Source of the DNA: the human T2T-CHM13v2.0 reference genome, Homo sapiens
NCBI RefSeq assembly: GCF_009914755.1
Contig: NC_060935.1
Reading direction: 5' to 3' (one strand)
DNA: 64,000 nucleotides
In this document: positions 52,870 through 64,000 of the stretch, one piece after another
Layout: each line of letters begins with the position of its first letter
Numbering within the stretch: position 1 is the stretch's first letter
Position numbers and translations under genes: made by a program
The notes under the pieces: model-generated
Told to the model about the DNA's origin: nothing
The model's database searches: none
Seen by the model: the letters and a program-made list of their open reading frames with translations, nothing else

Positions 52870-54169
52870 GTGACAAAGCATATAAGTGTGTAAGCTTCAA
52901 AGCATCAAGGGAGTTGACACAAATGCAAGATATAATTATCAATATGCAGCAATTTTCCAAGCATCAGCAATGCCTTATCCCACCTGCCATATTTGAAATG
53001 TGTGGAGAATTTTAAATTGAGCATAGAAATGTCCTGAGGAAAAACAGATTTTCAAGGAGTAGCCAAGTTCTGTTTTAAGAAATGAGAAATCAAATGATTC
53101 AAGATGTTGGAGAGTCTGGTAATATCAGAGCAAAAGGCACACAGGTTTCAATTCAGCACAGCAATGTAAGCACTGAAAAGAGTAAGAGCCAGGAGAGGTA
53201 AGGATTAGAGATTACAATTTAGACAGGCAATGGAAGAACACTTCAAAATATTCCAAAAAAGATTAAGCTCCTACAATCATCAATATGAAGAGATTACTCA
53301 CAGGCTTCTGCAGAGTAAGCCTCAATCTAAATAATATTAACGCTATCAAGAGCTAAAATTGATTTATTTGGCAAACAGTATGAGATAGTCACTACCTGAA
53401 GCACTTGGCATGGACGAATTCATTGATTGCTTTATCAAAGTTGCCTTGATCTCTTGTTGATGCAGAAATTTTTGCCTTTCTGATAATTTGCATCAACTAT
53501 GGATTGAGGTTAGGGAGTCACAGACTAGGTAATGAGTTATTCTGCTTCACCTTATGCCAGTCATGAAGCATGAAGAGGGCTTAAGTTCTCAGCTTCAGTT
53601 TCTATATGTGAAAATAAAGATGATAGTCATAGGGCCATTATATAGGCTAGATGTAAAGATAATCTAAGCTAGAATAATAACAAAAAATTAAATTTATATC
53701 ACTTCTGTTCAAGTGAAGATCATTAAATGCTGGCTACTTTTAATTAGCCAGGAACCAGGTTGTACTTTTACACACTCATTCTAGAATTGTTTACTTCTCC
53801 TGCTTTGCATCTGGATGTTTTAAGAAACATGACAAATGTGTTTTTTGGATCACTTAATGCATTTATAATGCTGTTATGAATATTTTTAAAAGCAAGTCTA
53901 TTCACATTTTTAAGCATTTTTCTATCTTTAATTCACAAATAGTACATAGCAATTGAAGAAAAACTAAGAATTATTGATAGATAAAAGAAAAAGTAAAAAT
54001 AAAAAAATAATTCTGAATGTATTATAAAGAGATTATTTGTACCCATAATTTTTTAGGAACTTTCGTATACCTACTGTGCAATATTTTTTTAAACTTATTA
54101 TTTCGTGTGAATTAAAATTTTCCAGAAGAATTAGTACAATTTTATTTAAAGTGATCTAATTTTAAAAAA

Positions 54170-54301
54170 TATTTTTTAATAGGGACAAGGTCTCATTACG
54201 TTGCCTTGGTTGTTCTTGAACTCCTGGGATCAAGTGATTCTCCTGCCTTGGCCTCTCAGAGTGTTGGGATACAGGTAGGTGTTAGCCACCATGTCCAGCC
54301 C
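54170..54301 (-). mobile_element. FLAM / Alu left monomer
   Basis: AGGGACAAGGTCTCATTACGTTGCC...AGCCACCATGTCCAGCC. Confidence 0.85.
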
Positions 54302-54610
54302 CAGTAATTTTAAAATGCTTTTTGTTATCTGTGTTCAAATAACTCTCTATCTTGATTTTCTCTTATTAAAAGAAAGACATGACATAGATCATTCAATTAT
54401 GTAAACCTTTAACATGTCATCTTTCTATCTTTACAAATCTCCACAGAAATGCATGTTTTGGAATTTCTACTTGGGACAAATTATTTTATTCAGAAAGCAG
54501 AACTAGCCTGAAGATGCTCCTTTCAATGTGTTCAACATAAGATCAGGGCGGGTCAGAATCATTTCCTAACATCTGCTTCATTATTTCCATTGGGAACACC
54601 ATTACTCAGA

Positions 54611-55598
54611 ATGTGTGCTCTAAAGGGTTTTCTGGAAGAAAACTTTTATACCTACTCAGTGGCCAAAGGCAATCATTCAACAGTGTATGAATTTATCCTC
54701 TTGGGGCTCACAGATAATGCAGAGCTTCAAGTCACTCTCTTTGGTATATTCCTTGTAGTATACTTAGCTAGCTTTATGGGTAATTTCGGTTTGATTATGC
54801 TAATTCAAATCAGTCCTCAGCTTCATACACCCATGTATTTTTTCCTCAGCCATCTGGCTTTTGTTGATTTTTCTTTTACTTCATCTGTTGCCCCAAATAC
54901 CTTGGTAAATTTTCTGTGTGAAGTTAAAAGTATAACATTTTATGCATGTGCCATTCAGGTATGCTGCTTCATCACATTTGTAGTTTGTGAATTATATTTG
55001 CTCTCAATCATGGCATATGATCGGTATGTTGCCATCTGTAACCCTTTACTTTATGTCATTCTCATTCCTAGAAAACTGTATTAAACTGATTGCTAGCACG
55101 TATGTGTATGGATTCACTGTGGGACTTGTACAGACAGTGGCGACATCCTACTTGTCTTTTTGTGATTCCAACGTGATCAACCACTTCTACCATGATGATG
55201 TTCCATTAGTGGCTCTGGCCTGTTCTGACACTCATGTCAAAGAGCTGATGTTGTTAATCATTGCTGGGTTCAATACTCTCTGCTCTCTAGTAATTGTGCT
55301 GATTTCTTATGGTTTCATTTTCTTTGCCATCCTGAGGATACATTCTGCTGAAGGGAGACAGAAAGCATTTTCTACCAGTGCTTCCCATCTGACCTCCATC
55401 ACAATATTTTATGGAACAATCATTTTTATGTACCCGCAGCCCAAGTCAAGCCATTCCCTGAATATGGATAAAGTTGCTTCTGTGTTTAATGTGGTAGTGA
55501 TTCCTACATTAAACCCACTGATCTATAGTTTAAGAAATCAGGAGGTAAAAAATGCACTAAAGAGAATTATAGAAAAGTTATGTTTGGCTGTCAAATAA
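54611..55598 (+). pseudogene. OR5AL1: OR gene/pseudogene, frameshifted allele
   Basis: Two overlapping ORFs join at ~55076 by restoring 2 bp (AAA CT[CT]GT = K-L-C). The paralogous ATG is GTG (54659), with an upstream in-frame ATG at 54611. The restored ORF would be 329 aa. Confidence 0.88.
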
Positions 55599-55803
55599 CC
55601 TAAAAATCCCTAGACAGAGGCAAAACCCAGGACTTTGAGTTGTGTCTTATCTAGAGTCACATTGGTGGTAAATGACAGAGCCAAATTCCGTAGTTTGGCT
55701 ACTCAACATCACTCAGGGTATGTTTCATCCACTGTGTCGTTTTCCATAGTTTCCACATAAAATGCATTTGGTAAATTTTATGTCATTGAATTGTAAAAGA
55801 AAA

Positions 55804-55807
<4 letters not shown>

Positions 55808-55836
<29 letters not shown>
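55808..55836. repeat. (GA)n microsatellite
   Basis: Directly visible. Confidence 0.95.
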
Positions 55837-55838
<2 letters not shown>

Positions 55839-56229
55839 CTTACTCCTCTCTGAACAACACAGCTTCATCAATAATGAAATAAACAGCATGGGAAATAGCT
55901 GTTTTATTTAAATCATGTGTGATATTTGAATTATATTAAAGTTCAACATCTGTTATCTTACATTTCAAATTTGCTGCACAGATTATCTGGAAACAGTGTC
56001 AAAGTTTAAATAGCAAGGATACTTTTCTTGGTTTTAAGACTGGATAATTTCCTTAGCACTCTACTTTCTCTGCATTCTACTGGGAAGGGTAGCACCAGCA
56101 GAGTTACCATGAATTCCGTATCCATTTGGACCACTAGAGCCATTTCACACCATTATAATTCACTGCCTGCTCTATATAAGCATCTGATTAGTAACTGGAC
56201 TCTTCAAATCTTCAAACAGTTTGACTAAT

Positions 56230-56440
56230 AATTTTAGTTTCTGTGATAATCAACTGTTGTCATTGGTAAATTATTTCACATTTTGTACCTAGTTTCCTCA
56301 TCTTCAAAATGCGCTTGTAGTTTCTTATCTCTTGGACTGATTGTGAAGATTAAATAACATTATAAATATAGAGCTTTGCAAAGTTCCTAGCACACAGCTG
56401 GTACTTCACATATGGTGTGTATTACACTTAATTATTGACA
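56230..56440 (+). mobile_element. MIR
   Basis: MIR core TGTACCTAGTTTCCTCATCTTCAAAATG...GATTGTGAAGATTAAATAA. Confidence 0.75.
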
Positions 56441-58489
56441 TTGTTATTATACCAATTATTTCTCTTATTTGGCCTTGGATAGTAAGGTAATAAAGTTTGA
56501 GATAGCTGGCAATATGATATTCTTTATTTTAAAATCAACAAAAAGAAAATATAAAAGTTAAGGAGCTATTTTATTGTGGTGTTTTAAAATAAATTCTTTT
56601 AAATTTCATCGTGTGTGTGTATTGATAGACATATTTTAAAATAACTCTTTTAGGTTCCTTCATACTCGTTACTTAAAATATGCATTTTTAAAAAATAAAA
56701 CCACTTTTGTTTAATTTAACAAAGACTAGATTAATAAATTACGAATTTATTGAACTCCTAATTTTTCAAAGTATGAATGAGCTACCGTCTACTGAGTGCT
56801 TTTCTTGTATCAAATTCTGGGTGAAGTGTTTAAAATGGATTGCCTCAGCTAATTTTTATAACATTGAATGGAGATGAGTATTTATTCAAGGTGGACCACT
56901 AATCAGTTGTAGATACAAAAATAAATTATATAAAAATTTTATTTACAAGAAAGTGTATTAAGGGTCGTTCACCAATAATAATAAAGCTGATACTTACCAA
57001 GGCTCTTTTAGGTGACAGCCATCATGCCAAGGCCTTCACACATGTTTCTACTACATACTCATACTGTAGCTTGTGGAATAAGCATGTTTCTTGTTTTATA
57101 AGGTATTTGAGCTTTACATATTATACACTAGAAGTATCAAAACTCAAATCTGTGGTCAAATCTTTCTGGAATCAAGCATGTTCTCCACTGATCTTAGACA
57201 CCGCTAAAGACCTATATTATTTGTCAGCCTCTGTATTTATTCTATACCTAGATACAGAAACATCATAGAGATCACAAACAGAAGGGTGACAAATACAAGT
57301 ATTTATTTAAATATGCCTGGAGACTGAATAGTGTTTATTTCAATGTTTTGTCTGAAGGACTGGTGTTTTAGGAGATGAACTCAGTGACCTGGAGCAATTT
57401 TCAGATGATAGTTTTAGAGGCTGCACAGAACTGCGTGTATCTGCGCAAGAATAAACATTTAAAAAAAAAAGTCTATTGAGTAAAGTTGAATTTCTTAGCT
57501 CATTTCCCTTAGAAAACCTAGGTTTATCTCAATATGTGATTGTTAATAGTAGGGAATTATAACTCTGTAAAGACATGAAGAATTCAATTAATGTTTAAAC
57601 ATTGCTACTGTAAATAATTCTATCAAGTAGGCAGGTGCAGTGAAACCACAGAAGACCAATCTCCTCCAGGTGAATTTTCAGGATCCGTAGACCTGAATCT
57701 CACTACCTGTAAAAAGAGAGACTGTCTATGACTCTTGTCGTGGCTCTGATATGTGAGAATATTGTGTATATCCATCCACAGAAATATACACTCACAAGAC
57801 AAAGTGTGGAGAGTAGAAAAACCAGGTTTCTCTGTTAAACCTGTTTTAAAGGCCAGGTAATTCACTCCACTCACAAGGTTCTAAAAGCACCTCAGGGTAG
57901 CATATCTGAGTCATTTACAAAGAAAGTACAGAAGAGGAAATAATCACAGTATATTGTAAAGCTCAAATTGTATTTTATATAATGGCTGCAAGTATCATAA
58001 TCTCCTTGTAAAATTGAAAAAAAATAATAATTTTAAACCACTACTTTTTCTGAAATGTCAAAACAATAAAAATGTATCATATCACTTTTTTTAATCATAT
58101 GTCATCATCTACAAGGGTGACTGAATAAATAGCAGGCACAAATAAATTACATAATAACATAGGGTACTTTCTAATTGAACAAATATGCAAGTACAATGAA
58201 GGTGTTTATTTTAAAAATTATTTCTTATAAAACATGTTCTTCCAATTATATTTTTTAAAAAATCTGATAATGACACATTTAAATCCAATTAACCTCATTC
58301 TTAACACCCACAGTGTTAACAAAAAATTCAGATAAACCTAAATTTGCTTTTAGAATTTTCATATTGCTAGTTATGTGACCTTCAATTTAGAGAGAAAACT
58401 TCACACACATCATATGTTTACTTGATTGTAGCAAGTAGGACTACTTGACTAATTAGCCTTGAAGACCTTAATGAATTTATTTTTTAATA

Positions 58490-58649
58490 GTTTTATGTTT
58501 TGGTTTGTTTGTTTGTTTGTTTTTAGAGAGAGAGAGAGAAGGTCTCGCTATGTTGCCCAGGCTGGTCTTGAACTCCTGGGCTTAAGCAATCCTCCCACCC
58601 TTGACTCCTAAAGTGCTGGTACTACAGGTGTGAGCCACTGTGCCAGGCC
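58490..58649 (-). mobile_element. FLAM_C-like monomer with (GTTT)n/(GA)n tail
   Basis: GGTCTCGCTATGTTGCCCAGGCTGGTCTTGAACTCCTGGGCTTAAGC. Confidence 0.88.
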
Positions 58650-58689
58650 AAATAAATTCATTTCTAACTTTATATAACAAACATTTATA

Positions 58690-58935
58690 TACCTAAGGCT
58701 TCCAAAACACTTATTATCACTGGATATTTTTCTAAGCATTTCATAAATATTAACCTGTACAATCCTTAAAAAAAGAGCAATGAGTTAGGTCCTATTATTT
58801 CCCAGACTTGGAGACAAAGCCACACAAAATTTAGCTCAATTTTCCAAGGTTGCAGAGCTAATATGAAGGAAATAGTGTTCAAACTCAATCTTGTTTCAGC
58901 ATCCCAAACTCTAACAAAAACATGCTGCTGCCTTT
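58690..58935 (-). mobile_element. MIR
   Basis: CCTATTATTTCCCAGACTTGGAGAC...TTTTCCAAGGTTGCAGAGCTAATATG...TTCAAACTCA. Confidence 0.6.
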
Positions 58936-59172
58936 GCTTTAAATACACCTATGAGTGTTTGCATATATGAGTGTGTCTCTGTTTGTATTTGAACGTGGTT
59001 TCAGTGGTCTGCCAAGACTGTGATGGCCTGAATTGAATGCTTTAATTCGTACTGATTTTTCATGATCTGCCTGGTTCTTGCAGAAAATGTCAAGGTCCAT
59101 TAAAGTAACAGCTACATTTTCAGTTCATTGGGAAATAATTACAAGAAAAAGTTTGATTTATTTCCTGCTTGT

Positions 59173-60147
59173 TTAATAAAGTTTTCTTATTTTTAAAAAT
59201 GTTAATATCTGTAAGTTTTCACAACCTTTATCCAAGGCTTTCTTTGAGGCATCTTTCACTTCTTTGTTCCTTAGACTATAGATTAGGGGGTTTAACATGG
59301 GGATCACCACTGTGTAAAATACAGAAGCCATCTTGTCTGTGTCCAAGGAGTGATTTGATTTGGGCTGTAGGTACATAAAGATCAGTGTGCCATAGAAAAT
59401 AGTGACAGTCACCATATGGGAGCCACAGGTGGAAATGGCTTTGTGTTGCCCCTGAGTAGAGCGGATCCTTAGGATAGCGGCAATAATAAAGATGTAGGAG
59501 GTGAGGACAATGGAAGAGGAAGAGATCATATCAAAGCCAGCAAAGGCAAATATCAGAATTTCCTTCATGTGTGTGTCTGAGCAGGACAGAGCTAAGAAGG
59601 GGAGGTCATCACAATAGAAATGGTTAATTAAGTTTGGGCCACAGTAAGTCAGACGGAAAGTGATAACGGTGTGGAAGAGGGCAACCAGGAAGCTGTATAT
59701 ATATGGAACTGCCACCAGTTGAATGCAGACTCTTCTTGACATCAGTGTTGAATAATGCAGGGGACTACAGATGGCGACATAGCAATCGTAGGCCATGGAG
59801 GCTAGAAGGAAACACTCAGTGATCATGAAGGTGAGAAAACAACCCAGTTGGGTTGCACAAGCATGGAAAGGAATGGTGTTGCGTTCCACAACAAAATTCA
59901 CCATCATCTTCGGTGTAATAGCAGAGGAGTAACAAAGGTCAACAAAGGCCAGGTGGCTGAGGAAATAGTACATAGGTGTGTGGAGTCGAGTATCAATCTT
60001 GATTAAAGTAATCAACCCAAGATTGCCCAGCACTGTGACCAGATAGATAACTAAAAACACCCCAAAGCACGGGGCCTGAAGCTCTGGCCGGTTGGTAATT
60101 CCTTTCAGAATGAATACAGTGACATAAATGATATTAACTTCAGCCAT
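59173..60147 (-). CDS. OR5R1: Olfactory receptor, full-length 324 aa, with the DRY motif changed to DCY
   Basis: Intact 7TM ORF with [24 protein letters not shown] and [35 protein letters not shown] is recognised (also named OR8U3). Confidence 0.93.
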   Translation of the reverse strand: MAEVNIIYVTVFILKGITNRPELQAPCFGVFLVIYLVTVLGNLGLITLIKIDTRLHTPMYYFLSHLAFVDLCYSSAITPKMMVNFVVERNTIPFHACATQLGCFLTFMITECFLLASMAYDCYVAICSPLHYSTLMSRRVCIQLVAVPYIYSFLVALFHTVITFRLTYCGPNLINHFYCDDLPFLALSCSDTHMKEILIFAFAGFDMISSSSIVLTSYIFIIAAILRIRSTQGQHKAISTCGSHMVTVTIFYGTLIFMYLQPKSNHSLDTDKMASVFYTVVIPMLNPLIYSLRNKEVKDASKKALDKGCENLQILTFLKIRKLY

Positions 60148-61399
60148 TTATCCTAACAGGTTTTGTAGATTTTGTCGCAGTTGAAAAATAAAAAAGATAC
60201 TTCTCATGTTCCCTGTCAGTGTTGGGTAAAGGTGATGATTGTTGTCTTCTTGCCTTGAATCATATCATCATGTGGGCAAAAACATACATCTTACCTCTCT
60301 AATGACAGAGGCCAATCTTGCCTGAGGGAGGGGAGTCTTTTACTTGCAGAATAGTAAATAGACCACCTTAAGAAATATTTTGCTTTGTAATTTTAGAAAA
60401 TAAGAGAAGATGTTGGTTAAAATTATATAGTATGAAACCGCTTGTGACAACTGACACTAATATTTCAATGTTTTTGCTGCCATTAAAAATCTTATATATT
60501 TTCCATGCATATATAACAGAACAAAAATATTGAATTTATAGACGTGACCACATTTATATTTCCTTATTTTTCGGTTTTGTGCGTGCTTCCATAAAATATG
60601 TCAAAAATAGATCAAAATAATTTTAGAGCTCCTATGAACTATTCAATTTGCTATATTCCTTCCCACATTTATATAGAATAAGTAATTTATGCTGTAGAAA
60701 TGGAAAGAAATTTGATCAGAAATATGAGAAAGGAAACATTCAGTTGTAAAAAGTTTTATGGAAACATATACTGGTGGGTGGAGTTTTTGATGCATCTTTT
60801 AGGATAATTATAATTATTTGTATTTCTACCAGCCCTGAAAAAAAGAGGATTCATCTTGTTAAGCCCAATATTAGCCTATTTAAACTTTAATTTGGTCCTG
60901 GCTTTATTTTTCAAAAAATAGAATCATGAAATATTAACTAGAAAATGCTTTGAGAGATCATCATATCTAACCACTTTGTCTTTCATATTCCATTGATTAG
61001 TACTATTATTATTTTATCTATTGCAATTGAGTGATGTCCTTATCAGATATTCTGAGTGCATTACATGAATTAAGATAGTCTCTTGCTTACCCTATGAGGA
61101 AGGCTCTCACCCATAACTCCTTATAAACATTGGAAAAATCCGACTTTCTGGTGATGGTCACAGAGTATTAGTGTGACTATGTATAACTGACAGCAGAGCC
61201 CATATTTCTAATCATCCTTATGCTGCCCAAGTGTAGTGGTTTGTTCCTTAAGCTTTAATCGCCGGGATGGATGGAAGAACGAGGCTAAAGTGTCAAACTA
61301 AATGTTTAAAGCTTACAGAAGACAAACATGAAAACTGTAGTTTTCCAAAGATTGCTAAGTTTTCATATACTAGGTCAAAGTAAAATAGAAGACTCCTAA

Positions 61400-61402
<3 letters not shown>

Positions 61403-61465
<63 letters not shown>

Positions 61466-61497
61466 GATGCATAGACATATACATATATACATATATA
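61403..61497. repeat. (TA)n(CA)n compound microsatellite
   Basis: Directly visible. Confidence 0.95.
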
Positions 61498-62399
61498 TTG
61501 CTATTCTCAGTAAATAACTGTTTCGTTCATGAATATTCAAAAGTGAGAATTATCTGACTTACATATGGGACTTGAATATGCTCAATTTTTTTTCACAAAG
61601 GATTTTATGTCAATTCGAGCTGTGAAGTTATAATTTGAACCCTAATTGAGGATAATTATAAGGCTATCCCACAATGTAAAAGTAAATAGACCACCTTCAC
61701 TGAAAAATAGTGTCAGGGAAAGAGGTTTATCTACCATTTATTTCACTTTATTTTTTACTTAATGAAGTCCATCTATATGTTAGCACTTCTTGTGTTATTG
61801 CTTTTATATAACTTCAAGATTTGTGGTGGTTCCAAGGTACATGTCACACCAAATGAGAAAAAGCCACATGAGAAAATAGATGTATCAGTAAGAACGTTAA
61901 CTATGGTGGACACGTGCTATTAGGTAACATGGAATATTTAAGTTTAAGTAGATACATACAGCACATTATGGTAGAAAAACAAAGTCCACAGCGAAGTTGG
62001 ATATTAAACTGGAGTTTACATTCCAAATTCAATAAACTTAAAAATCACGTAGAAATAAAATTACTTATAAAAATCTGTTACAGTGCTCATAAAAATACAG
62101 CATTTATGATTTTGTATCTACCTTACAACTCTGTACATTATTTTATTAATTCCTCTAAGTTTTTAAAAGCAGTTTTTCTTCATAGCCTCCAATTCATTTG
62201 TCTGGGTTTTTTTGAATTAATCACCATCCCAAAGTCTCACCACCCATTTGGTCATTTTCATATCTTTACCTATTTTTAGGGGAAATCTAAAATCAATTCC
62301 ATATTTCAAACCAAGAGTTATTTCATGAGCACTAATGTTTCTTCCTTCACTTCATCTTCCTAAAGCAAGTTTTGCCTTAAACTTTACTGCATATTGGAA

Positions 62400-62525
62400 T
62401 CATCTAGAGCTCTTAACATGACAATACTGGGGCATCCAATACCATTTATTCAGAACATCTTGGAGGCACCGAGGCCCAAGTGATTCTAATGTACAACCAT
62501 GTTTGAGAATCAGTAATCTAAAGAG
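62400..62525. mobile_element. MER5-like hAT-Charlie remnant
   Basis: CCCAAGTGATTCTAATGTACAACCATGTTTGAGAATCAGT end motif. Confidence 0.6.
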
Positions 62526-64000
62526 CAAATTTGATTTTTGGAATGGCAACCAGAGTTCAGATATATTTTCAAAATTTTCAAAATATCTAAAATTTTTTGG
62601 AAATATTTTCAAAATTTCTTTTTGGGATTTGTTTGCCTAACCTGTGAATTAGTTTGAGTACAACACTCCACCATGTCAGTGAAATCCCAACTGCACAAAA
62701 ATAGTCTTAAGAAAGTTAATCTTCAGTTCCTCTATTTCTATCTTTCCATTTTTCTGAAAATGATTTGATTGAGAAAGTACCTGTGCTCTTGGTTCTCCTT
62801 GGTTTTCTATTTTCAAAATCATTCATTTTCCCATGTTATAAACAAAAGGCATACTTTTCATCCATCTGGAATCTTATGATCTCTTGCCCCCAGGTGTAAA
62901 AAATATCCTGGATTCTAAAAGACTTCAGCATTTGGATAATCCTTCTTATCAAGACACCATTAATATGACTCCCATCTCATTAATAAGACAATTTTCAACA
63001 AGTTAAATTTATATTTAATCATCACTCATCAAAATTAGAAAAATATAGGTTATGTTAATTATTTTATATTAAGATACATTTAATTTTAGGCATTCATTTA
63101 AATCTATATTTAATTTTAAATGCCAATATTTACAGCATTGAAAAATTACATCTTAGTACCTTTTTAAACTATTGGACGAAAATTTTAGATATTCACTTAA
63201 CCATGCATGTTGAAGAAAATATTGGTTTTTCTAATTATTTTGGTGAGTACCAAAATTAATTAGCAATTGTCTTTTTTAGGCCTTTCTGATAGTTGGCTAG
63301 TTCTTTAAAATTAAGCAGTTTTATTTATTTTGCTATCTTCAAATCTCCGTAGGTTATATTTGCCCATCTAGATTCTCAAAACTCAGTTGCAACATGAATT
63401 ATATCTCTCTCTGAAACACTAATTCTTGAAGGGCTTGCCTTGCTTCTTAAGAATTAGAGACATATATCTCAGGTTTTAAACACTTTGGCATCTAATACAA
63501 TGGCAATGCTTTGCATAGAAAAATATATTCAATAACGGAAAAGCAAAAGATTAATGGAGACCTCCTCTTGCCTTTCCACTGCCCTATCAATCAAAACATC
63601 AAGACATTTTCTGATTTACTCACTGCCTAGTGCTATTCATGTTCTACCTTGTTCTTTATCAGGGTGTTCAGGGCTTTTTCAGGCCAAGCATTCTTCATTC
63701 CAGGACTGCAACAAGCTTGATTTCTTCACCAGATCTTAGCAACAGGCTGCAGGGGCACCCTGTGCGCCACCAGTGTGCTATAGGTGTTCAGACCTGAGGA
63801 CATCTTGAACCATTGGTGTTCCCTCTATGTAACTTAACGCATGCAAAAATGGCATGATATGGCATGGAAAAAGGTTGGGAAGCCCTGGTTTGATTTGGAT
63901 TACACTGGAGCCCTGGTTAAAGCTGAATACTTCACCTGAGAAGCAATATTCGGTAAATGATATGCCAATAGGTTTCTACTTTATTGTGTTATAGGATTCA

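Noticed and set aside
51333-52881. ORFs within THE1
   Set aside because: Decayed MaLR internal and LTR frames.
58470-58662. 13-bp perfect inverted repeat (AATGAATTTATTT / AAATAAATTCATT) flanking the FLAM
   Set aside because: Explained more simply as a near-palindromic direct TSD with two substitutions, not transposon TIRs.
59169-59378. Antisense ORFs overlapping OR CDSs (also 2118-2357 and 24336-24593)
   Set aside because: Shadow frames of OR coding sequence with no independent support.
62560-62620. Repeated TTTTCAAAA units
   Set aside because: Low-complexity AT sequence with no stable period.

Overview
AT-rich primate (human) genomic DNA from a class II olfactory receptor (OR) cluster. 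The proteins and their order match what I recall for chr11q12.1. There are three full-length single-exon OR ORFs: OR8J1 (+), OR8U1 (+) and OR5R1/OR8U3 (-). Three closely related disrupted ORs lie between them: OR8L1P, OR5AL2P and OR5AL1, the last broken in frame only by a 2-bp deletion. The remainder is largely retroelement-derived (Alu, L1, L2, MIR, MaLR). It includes a complete THE1D element and a ~6.4-kb MER57-type provirus into which an Alu inserted, which was then split by a solo LTR12C. Nearly all other ORFs in the track are chance or repeat-derived. I found no evidence for a previously undescribed biological system. The best leads are receptors on the edge of pseudogenisation, the OR8U1 hybrid haplotype, the three-layer TE nest carrying a strong LTR12C promoter, a duplicated non-coding block upstream of the two OR5AL genes (candidate promoter), and several fold-back or micro-insertion structures. 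Gene and repeat subfamily names come from recognition, not database search. Boundaries of old repeats are approximate.
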